This document shows positions 57,631 to 64,000 of a stretch of DNA of 64,000 bases, piece by piece (the stretch's first letter is position 1; each line of letters starts with the position of its first letter). The stretch comes from a virus. The stretch lies in the IMG/VR virus record IMGVR_UViG_3300012228_000001, positions 39,293 to 103,292 of that record; one strand, 5' to 3'. The position numbers and the translations under genes were made by a program. Under the pieces are notes generated by a model. It was not told the DNA's origin, made no database searches, and saw nothing but the letters and a program-made list of their open reading frames with translations.

Positions 57631-57725
57631 ACAAAAACGCCACCGGAGTCCCTCCGATGGCGCTTTTGCTCCGATGCATTCCCAAGCAACGGATTGAACC
57701 GGGATGGCAAGATCGGCGGTTCAAT
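57631..57725 (-). ncRNA. Candidate three-hairpin small RNA
   Basis: Starts at the predicted +1 with a 9-bp hairpin (ATTGAACCG/CGGTTCAAT), has a second hairpin, and ends in a 10-bp hairpin plus TTTTT. Confidence 0.6.
57633..57662 (-). terminator. Intrinsic terminator
   Basis: CGCCATCGGA-GGGAC-TCCGGTGGCG-TTTTT. Confidence 0.7.
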
Positions 57726-57729
57726 AGGG

Positions 57730-57818
57730 TTTATAGCTTAGGGTCTTTTGCTTGTCAAGAATTCGATAGAGCACCAGCCCGCTAGGTTGGTTCTAGCTTA
57801 GGGCTTTTGGGCTGTCAA
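57730..57818 (-). promoter_or_regulatory. Tandem sigma70-like promoters
   Basis: TTGACA-N17-TATAAA (57758-57730) and TTGACA-N17-TAGAAC (57818-57790), with similar spacers ending CCCTAAGC. Confidence 0.65.
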
Positions 57819-58099
57819 GGCGATCTTGGTTTCTCGCCGTTCGGCAAACAAACAAGCCATTGCTCGGTATATTTCTTCGCGGCGGCTTCGCACTCTTTCA
57901 ACGTATCGAAGAACAGCCCGGACTTGTGCCATAGCGTCTGTCCCGCTTGCGGTTGTTTTGAGGGCAACGAATCGGCTGCGGGGCCACTGTGGAGTCCACC
58001 GCGATACGTCCATCCACCTTGATCGTTCTTGGTTACAACTGTCGCGCTCCACAAAACCCAATAGAGCAAGACGATTGCTCTGCCGCGTTTGTGGTTCAT
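57815..58099 (-). CDS. Hypothetical protein
   Basis: ATGA coupling; F.T.KEC..A..CLP motif. Confidence 0.45.
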   Translation of the reverse strand: MNHKRGRAIVLLYWVLWSATVVTKNDQGGWTYRGGLHSGPAADSLPSKQPQAGQTLWHKSGLFFDTLKECEAAAKKYTEQWLVCLPNGEKPRSP

Positions 58100-58401
58100 A
58101 GCTCCCCCTCTCCGCGCCGGATGCTGCGGATGCTCGGCGCGTCGTCATCGCTGTCGTCACGGCTCTTTCTCGGCATGACGTGGCTCAAGGTCATCGTCCG
58201 ATAGTACAGGTCGATCATGGAATACTTCGGGTCGAACTTCGCTTCGATCACATAGAACAGTTCGTCGCCAACTTTAACGACGTGCGCCTTGTCGTCGCGC
58301 CGTAGATGCTGCTTTGCTTCGGTCCATTCGGCCTGACTCATGCGCCGGGACAAGACCTTGCCAAGATCGTAAATGCGCTGGCCTATCGTGATGCGGTTCA
58401 T
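58096..58401 (-). CDS. Hypothetical protein
   Basis: MNRITIGQR..; coupled overlap. Confidence 0.45.
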   Translation of the reverse strand: MNRITIGQRIYDLGKVLSRRMSQAEWTEAKQHLRRDDKAHVVKVGDELFYVIEAKFDPKYSMIDLYYRTMTLSHVMPRKSRDDSDDDAPSIRSIRRGEGEL

Positions 58402-58580
58402 TTCCGAAACGCCATGCAAGACTTGCACGCTAAACAACGCGGCGCGTCGTTGCCACGCTGCACCCCATGATGATCGCGCCGGTGCCCGCACTTGCAAACG
58501 TCGGCGCTCGCGGGCTTGAATATCTCGTAGAGCGTTTTGGCCTTGGCCTTACGCTTACTCTTGGCTTTGCGCTTTTTCAT
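58398..58580 (-). CDS. Small basic Cys/His protein
   Basis: CKCGH..H..C..C.SC.AF. Confidence 0.5.
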   Translation of the reverse strand: MKKRKAKSKRKAKAKTLYEIFKPASADVCKCGHRRDHHGVQRGNDAPRCLACKSCMAFRK

Positions 58581-59194
58581 AGCCCCTCTTTGCGGGCGTT
58601 GCGGATCGATAGCTCGCGGGAAAATTCTAGGCTTTCTTCATCCTGCTTATTCAGTTTTGACTCGGCGATACGGTGCAAGGCTTCGCATTGGTCACGGTCG
58701 TCTTGATTAGCAAACCGCTTGTCGCAAACCGCACAGTGTAACAGCCACGGCTCGCGCCTATCTTCGGGATGGTTGATTTGACAGAAGTCGCGGTCACGAA
58801 CGGTCGGATACCACCTGCGACAAATGTTGCACTGATAGACCGTTACTCGCGGCGGATTAACGTATGGCGGCTCGACAACCCACGGGTTTGCCGCTTCGTT
58901 GGCCGTTTCTATTGCGCCAAGCAATTCCCGCGCTTCGTTGAACGTGTGGTCTACTGCATGGTTATAGAGATCGGTCTCGCTGGCAAACGATAGGCTACAG
59001 AGCGGACAGCGGTGCTCGGGCGTGGGCGGTAAGATTCGGTTCGAGCATTGATGCCGGTAATGATTGTGAAAGGCAAGATCATAACCGCTGAAACGATTAA
59101 CATCGCAAATCGTACAAGCAATGGGGCTGATGATCGTATCATCGCCGATTATTTGCCCCCCGCAGTCGCGACAATTTGATTCGAGCTGTGCCAT
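58577..59194 (-). CDS. Multi zinc-finger protein (C2H2-like)
   Basis: CPLC..F.....L..H...H, plus two CxxC-x12-CxxxH units. Confidence 0.6.
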   Translation of the reverse strand: MAQLESNCRDCGGQIIGDDTIISPIACTICDVNRFSGYDLAFHNHYRHQCSNRILPPTPEHRCPLCSLSFASETDLYNHAVDHTFNEARELLGAIETANEAANPWVVEPPYVNPPRVTVYQCNICRRWYPTVRDRDFCQINHPEDRREPWLLHCAVCDKRFANQDDRDQCEALHRIAESKLNKQDEESLEFSRELSIRNARKEGL

Positions 59195-59246
59195 CCGATT
59201 ATACCGCCTGTAATACTATCAGAGCGGTGCAGGCATGCGCAAGGAT

Positions 59247-59438
59247 TTACTTCGCGGCATGCTTCTCAAAGAACAAGTCAACGGCGTGATCCGGGCATAC
59301 GTCGCGATTCTTGCCGATACTCTCCGCGTGTTGATCGCAAATACTAGCGTCGCACGTCTTGCCATTCGCAAGCGGGAAGTCGCAAAGCTTCAGATGTTCA
59401 TTCCCCTCAACTCACAACCAACAATGGCGCGATGGCAT
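59247..59438 (-). pseudogene. Cys/His-rich small protein with an in-frame TGA at codon 9
   Basis: MPSRHCWL*VEGNEHLKLCDFPLANGKTCDASICDQHAESIGKNRDVCPDH..; starts 1 nt after the terL stop. Confidence 0.5.
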
Positions 59439-59439
59439 A

Positions 59440-61506
59440 TTACACTGGAAGAAATTCTTCGCATTTCGGATCAACGGCCATGATTTTCTGATTGTTCCAA
59501 GTCATTCCCTGGCACCGGCCATTGGCGCACGTCGGGTCGTCGGGGTCGTCCGGCTTGAAGTTACAGCACGCCCCACAAGTCTCGCGCACGATGCGCCCGG
59601 CGCTCGGCAGCACGGCCCTGATTTGAACCATCTCGGGATTGTTCTCCCGCAGGTCTTTCGCCGCTTCGGTCTCGGCCTTTGCCTCATGGTCCATCTCGGA
59701 CGTGAGCAAGCGGGTTGTCCCGTAGGCGCGGGCGATGGCAACATCGCAACACATATTCGCATAGGCGAAATGCGGGTCTTCGCTGCCGATCTTTTCCACG
59801 CGGTTCGTTCGCTTTTCCTCTTTCTCATTCTTACGCTCGCTGATTAGAGCTATTCTTGTCAAGTGTTTTGTAAACAGCGAGGCAAGATTATCCTCTTGAA
59901 ATCGCCCGTGGATTATCCGGCGCTGTAGCAGCGGATGGCGCTGCGGGTCGGGCATGCGCAAATTGCTGTCTTGAATCTTGCCCATAGCGTAGGACATGAA
60001 CCGATACTGCTCGGTTCTGACAACGTATTTATTGCGTGCCTCGTCGCTTGTCTTGCGGATAGCCTGCGGGTCGCTTGTGTCGCGGTCCATCCAACGCAGC
60101 ATTTCGCCCTGCATCGCTTGCGAATACTCGACAACGAAAACACGTCCAGGGAAGTTTTTGGCAAACTTAAACGCCTCGTTGAAGTTCGGCAGCGCTTCAA
60201 GACTCGCGAACCGGATGCCGTATTCGTCCATGAGTTCCGCGCTGCGCTTGAACGGGTCTTCATCCTCGGTCCATTCCAGATGCTTCAAACGTTCGTAGCC
60301 GCCCGGCAAGCGCTCTTTGATTACATGAACGTTCAAGTTCCCCATGTGATCCAAGCCCATGTAATTCTCGCCGTCGCGCTTTTGCCGCAAAGATAAATTT
60401 CTCGGCCAATCGTTATCCTGATAAATCTTTTTAAGCAGTTCCAGCGTGATCGGTATTTCGTTGGGATTGCTATACGGCCTGCCGAGTTTGCGATTGTAAA
60501 AGTTTTGCCTGTCGTGACTATCTTCCCATGCGCGAAGCATTTCGTAGGGATGGACGCGCTTCGATATACACTGCGACCAAGTGAAGCCGGGCACTAAGCT
60601 GGCGTCGTTGTGTTTGATGTACCGGCCATTCCACGGCTCAAGTAAGTCAGTGTCGCAATGCGGGCAACGGTAATACACGCGCCCATCGCGGGCCTGCGCG
60701 ATAACGTTCGGCCATTCGTCGGCCAAGTCGATCCCGTCGCTGCACTTGCAATCGCTGTGAAAATGGCGCTGATCGGTCTCCTGATACCATTCGTCAATAT
60801 CCCCTTCGGGCCAACGCGGCGTCGATACCTTGCCGACTATCTTTAGCTTCGAGGCCGATATGCGCTCTTGAGTTTTCTCAATCTGCCCCCGGCTCATTCC
60901 CTGCACTTCGTCGAACACCAGCGCATCAAGCGGCATGGACTCCGTTCGCATCGTTTGTTGCTCGCGGCCCTGACTCTGATTCATGCCGGTGTATAAAAAC
61001 ATGATCGTTGACAGACCAAGTCGCCGGATCGCCTTTGAGCCTATATCGCGATGACCCTGCGAGTCTTCCATGAGTTGCAGCAAGTCCGGGTTAGACTTGA
61101 TTAACGATTTGTAGCGTGTGTCGCTAAAGGCATAGGTCGTGAATTCATCCGGCAAGTAATAGCCCAAGTTCATGTTGAAGCGCAGCGGCATGTAAATGCC
61201 AAGCCACATGAGAAAGAAAATGCTTCCGCCTGCTTGTGCAGGTTTACGCAGGACGAATTCGTAGCCAAATAAATCCTCGATATCGGTCGGCGGCGCTTGA
61301 TAGATCGGTTCGAGATATGGAAAGTCCGTGAAGTTAAACGTCTCACGGTCAATCCAAAGTCCAGAACCTAGCGCCCAATCGTGGAACGATTGTTCACGCG
61401 CTCGGCGCTGCAACTCTGGCGTCTGTGATCGCTGGCTGTTCTGTCCCAAGTAATCCAGAATCCCGCTCAAGAACGCTTGAGAGAAGTCTAAGCCTTGCGA
61501 TTGCAC
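59440..61506 (-). CDS. terL: Terminase large subunit (GpA-like)
   Basis: RKPAQAGGS Walker A, LVFDEV Walker B, STP, CxC/CPHC, NRKLGRPY, nuclease MGLDHMG..DPHF. Confidence 0.92.
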   Translation of the reverse strand: MQSQGLDFSQAFLSGILDYLGQNSQRSQTPELQRRAREQSFHDWALGSGLWIDRETFNFTDFPYLEPIYQAPPTDIEDLFGYEFVLRKPAQAGGSIFFLMWLGIYMPLRFNMNLGYYLPDEFTTYAFSDTRYKSLIKSNPDLLQLMEDSQGHRDIGSKAIRRLGLSTIMFLYTGMNQSQGREQQTMRTESMPLDALVFDEVQGMSRGQIEKTQERISASKLKIVGKVSTPRWPEGDIDEWYQETDQRHFHSDCKCSDGIDLADEWPNVIAQARDGRVYYRCPHCDTDLLEPWNGRYIKHNDASLVPGFTWSQCISKRVHPYEMLRAWEDSHDRQNFYNRKLGRPYSNPNEIPITLELLKKIYQDNDWPRNLSLRQKRDGENYMGLDHMGNLNVHVIKERLPGGYERLKHLEWTEDEDPFKRSAELMDEYGIRFASLEALPNFNEAFKFAKNFPGRVFVVEYSQAMQGEMLRWMDRDTSDPQAIRKTSDEARNKYVVRTEQYRFMSYAMGKIQDSNLRMPDPQRHPLLQRRIIHGRFQEDNLASLFTKHLTRIALISERKNEKEEKRTNRVEKIGSEDPHFAYANMCCDVAIARAYGTTRLLTSEMDHEAKAETEAAKDLRENNPEMVQIRAVLPSAGRIVRETCGACCNFKPDDPDDPTCANGRCQGMTWNNQKIMAVDPKCEEFLPV

Positions 61507-61930
61507 TTGGTAGTTTCTCCTTTGCCACGAACTCTTCGAGGATTTGTCCGATGCCGGTCATCAAGCTGCGTATTTTCGGATCGCTGCGGATAAGCACGTT
61601 GATATCAACCTTCTCGCCGTACTTCGCCCGGTTGAGCGATTTGAGCAGAAAAATTATCAGAGTGTCGCTCGACGTGTATGCCCGGCGCAACGCCTCGTCT
61701 TCGAGCGCCGGTAATCCTTGGGCCACCAGCGCGTCCCACTTCTCGGCGAACGCAGGTGCCTCTTTGCGCCAGCGATAAGCAGTGTCTTTGGAAATCTTAG
61801 CCGACTTGCAGGCGTAGGTCACAGCCGGGAGACGTTCAAGCGCCTTTAGAAATGCCTCGCGCTTGCTTGCCCGCCTTTTGAATCTAGGGTTCCTAGTCCG
61901 ATTTGTCCGACCTATTGCCGCTTCAGCCAT
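61394..61930 (-). CDS. terS: Terminase small subunit-like protein
   Basis: HTH AFL..L..AC..A.I...AY.WR; LEDEALRRA..SDTL.IFLLK; directly upstream of terL. Confidence 0.7.
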   Translation of the reverse strand: MAEAAIGRTNRTRNPRFKRRASKREAFLKALERLPAVTYACKSAKISKDTAYRWRKEAPAFAEKWDALVAQGLPALEDEALRRAYTSSDTLIIFLLKSLNRAKYGEKVDINVLIRSDPKIRSLMTGIGQILEEFVAKEKLPSAIARLRLLSSVLERDSGLLGTEQPAITDARVAAPSA

Positions 61931-61939
61931 TGCCTAATC

Positions 61940-62569
61940 CTACCACGCGATCGTGCCAGTTGCGCTGCTCATTGTTCCCGCATTGAAACTTACAGAGAAT
62001 AAGCTTGCTACTGATTTTTCTTCGTAGTGTTGGAGTATTCCAAGCGCCTTTGTCCGCACTTCCATTTCGGCCTCGATATGGGCGATGACGGCGGTTTCTT
62101 CCCTGACCTGATCGTCGATTAAATTCTCCCAAAGGTTTACGCCTTGGCTAACGGTGAAGCGAAAGCGATATTTTTCAAAGCGCCGGATGTCGACTTTGAT
62201 GGCTTGAATTTTGGTACGGAGCGCATCGCGGTCTTGGTTAAGAGCATGGAGCATGCGGCCCTTGAGATTGTCGTCGACGTTGGCCCTTATGAGTTCGAGG
62301 AAAATCTGCATGAGTAGGGCGTAAGCTTTCTCTGTGCAGTTATCCAAGGCTGGCCCTTCGCCGGTTTGATCGTAGGTCAACCGCGCCACGGGGCTGCTTA
62401 AACATGCGTAAGCTTTGCTGATTTCGGCCATTTCGCTGCCGTCGCCGCCCTTATCGGGATGGACCTTGCGGGCCTTGGCGCGATAGGCGCGTTTGATTTG
62501 TTCGGGTGAGGCATTTTTGTCGACACCCAAAGCTTTGTAATAATCTTTCTTTAGTTTTGATTGCGCCAT
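61940..62569 (-). CDS. DnaJ-domain protein
   Basis: DYYKALGV..IKRAYR..HPDKGG..AY..LS..R..YD J-domain. Confidence 0.88.
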   Translation of the reverse strand: MAQSKLKKDYYKALGVDKNASPEQIKRAYRAKARKVHPDKGGDGSEMAEISKAYACLSSPVARLTYDQTGEGPALDNCTEKAYALLMQIFLELIRANVDDNLKGRMLHALNQDRDALRTKIQAIKVDIRRFEKYRFRFTVSQGVNLWENLIDDQVREETAVIAHIEAEMEVRTKALGILQHYEEKSVASLFSVSFNAGTMSSATGTIAW

Positions 62570-62572
62570 GTC

Positions 62573-62785
62573 TTAATTTGGTACTTGCACTTCGGGCACG
62601 TCGCGCCACTGACCACTGTTCAGATGCGGATCGGAAATCGGGCCTACCGACCATAACTGTTGGAGTGTGCGATTACCGGACCAATCCACGCGCCAGCGGA
62701 AATAAAGCGTTGGAGTCGCCGGAAGCGTGTGCGTGTGTACGCCAACGTCGCTGGCAAAGCCACTGTGCTGCTCTCGTTCATTCAT
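62573..62785 (-). CDS. Hypothetical protein
   Basis: RW..LQQLW..WRDVP, a recurrent phage motif. Confidence 0.5.
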   Translation of the reverse strand: MNEREQHSGFASDVGVHTHTLPATPTLYFRWRVDWSGNRTLQQLWSVGPISDPHLNSGQWRDVPEVQVPN

Positions 62786-62845
62786 ATTCTAACTCATTAT
62801 CGCCATTGAAGATTTTCCGCAATAGATCATTTACTGCCGAGCCTT

Positions 62846-63172
62846 TCAGTTTGCAAGAATCGAACTATGGCCGAGACAGATTGCCGCTGTTGCAATGGCG
62901 AGATCGACATGGTTTTCCATCGCCCGGCAGAGCGCTTCGTGGCATGCGCTGGCGTCTTTTTGATTTCGCCAATCGTGCAACCACACCACGCCTTCGGCGC
63001 TAGACATAACGACGGTGTGCATGGGTTTACCGATCCCCACCCAAGCCGTGATGATTTCAAACCCGCCGCGAGCATAAACCGCTGCGGCTGTATAATCCCC
63101 GCTGTTGGAGAGCGCCAGCCAATGCTCGTAACTGATTCGCACGCCGTCGCGGTCGTAGAATGCAAGCGGCAT
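62846..63172 (-). CDS. Hypothetical protein
   Basis: FYDRDG..I.TAWVG..T.V..A.A.H motif. Confidence 0.5.
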   Translation of the reverse strand: MPLAFYDRDGVRISYEHWLALSNSGDYTAAAVYARGGFEIITAWVGIGKPMHTVVMSSAEGVVWLHDWRNQKDASACHEALCRAMENHVDLAIATAAICLGHSSILAN

Positions 63173-63176
63173 AGCC

Positions 63177-63428
63177 CTAAACATCCCGCACCTTACGAAT
63201 ATCGTGATACCGGATTTCCCGTTCAATATCGTCTGCGCAGTAACGCAACATCCCTGGTATCGAAAGAACGACATCGGCATGCACCTGAACCGAAAATCCC
63301 ATGCCCTTAGCGCCGTCGAGCACGAGCAATATAACGCTGCCACCCGTTTTGAGCCGCACCGCTTCGGCCTCGTCATCGTACTTGCCTTTACCGGGCGTGA
63401 CTTGGACAACTTTGTAGTTTGTTTCCAT
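63177..63428 (-). CDS. Hypothetical protein
   Basis: GKGKYDDEA..G..GMGFSVQ; SD AAGGA. Confidence 0.5.
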   Translation of the reverse strand: METNYKVVQVTPGKGKYDDEAEAVRLKTGGSVILLVLDGAKGMGFSVQVHADVVLSIPGMLRYCADDIEREIRYHDIRKVRDV

Positions 63429-63789
63429 GCGCTTTTCCTTTTTGTTCTGGCAACTTATCAGCGATCTTGCGCAGCACGACATTAGCTTCAAGATCGAGCG
63501 CTAAACACGCTCTGCGAAATGAGAACGTCCAGCTCTCGTCTTCGGACAAAAACCAATCGATAGTTTCCTGCCGTAAGACTTCGGCACTGCCGTTGGATTT
63601 GACTACCGCTCTGTGGCCTTGGAGAACTTCCAAGGCGTCCGTTAGGATAACGTAGAACAGCATCCGTTCGGGCGATAACTGATCGTTGCGCCGCGCCGTC
63701 TCAAACTCATGGCATAGGGTCGCGCCAAGAACGTCCGGCAATAGCTCGTATGCCTGAAACCCCTTATTCGCAATTCGCTGGCCCCTCAT
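63388..63789 (-). CDS. Conserved hypothetical protein
   Basis: ERML..IL.DA..WFLS..W.FSF..C..L.L motif. Confidence 0.55.
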   Translation of the reverse strand: MRGQRIANKGFQAYELLPDVLGATLCHEFETARRNDQLSPERMLFYVILTDALEVLQGHRAVVKSNGSAEVLRQETIDWFLSEDESWTFSFRRACLALDLEANVVLRKIADKLPEQKGKAHGNKLQSCPSHAR

Positions 63790-64000
63790 GCTTCAACCCT
63801 CTTTTTCTCACTTTTGCGAATGCCCTTAGAACGCGCACAATTCGATTTTAACGCATTTTGAGGGTCGGCACACTAAACCCCACGGCTTGAAGCGTAGCGT
63901 TTCAATTTGCCCTGGTTCCGTTCGCCGTGCCTAATCGTCCATCGGGTTGGTGTCCGTGTCGCCGAGAATCCAATCGATTCCGGCTCGCAAGCCTTGCTCG

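Noticed and set aside
59235-59483. Plus-strand 82-aa ORF
   Set aside because: The opposite strand carries a better Cys/His-patterned frame coupled to terL
1-64000. Genome-wide stop codon reassignment
   Set aside because: Long genes are intact in code 11, and TGA, TAA and TAG all serve as stops; only one in-frame TGA was noticed
1-64000. tRNA genes, integrase/att site, inteins in terminase or helicase
   Set aside because: No cloverleaf, recombinase motifs or intein splice motifs recognised by eye; tRNAscan was not run

Overview
This window is part of a large tailed dsDNA phage genome. The head genes look like those of SPO1/Twort-type myoviruses. I saw no tRNA, CRISPR array or integrase. A minus-strand late region runs from terS/terL (59.4-61.9 kb) through portal, a MuF-like head protein, fibre/appendage proteins (seven with Sec-like signal peptides), a 2770-aa polyvalent protein, a zeta toxin and a sigma-70-family factor. 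It resumes at 7.1 kb with prohead protease, scaffold, major capsid and neck genes. A 16-kb plus-strand block of small early-type genes (ParB, DUF1257/DUF2997/AAA ATPase, HNH nucleases) interrupts it. Two candidate undescribed systems stand out. (1) A virion cargo system: a 21-aa motif, K[AS]I[RG][DN]LPLxPSxxNPxVxRHQ, occurs six times between unrelated domains of the giant protein and recurs in neighbouring genes. It begins with the K|A/S dipeptide that marks capsid maturation sites in this phage group, which suggests a protease-processed polyprotein of tagged, injected effectors. (2) A ~95-nt three-hairpin small RNA (57725-57631) with its own promoters and terminator, whose loop (UUGCCAUCC) is complementary to a GGATGGCAA motif repeated at early-gene translation starts. 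All family assignments come from recognising motifs by eye; no database searches were run.
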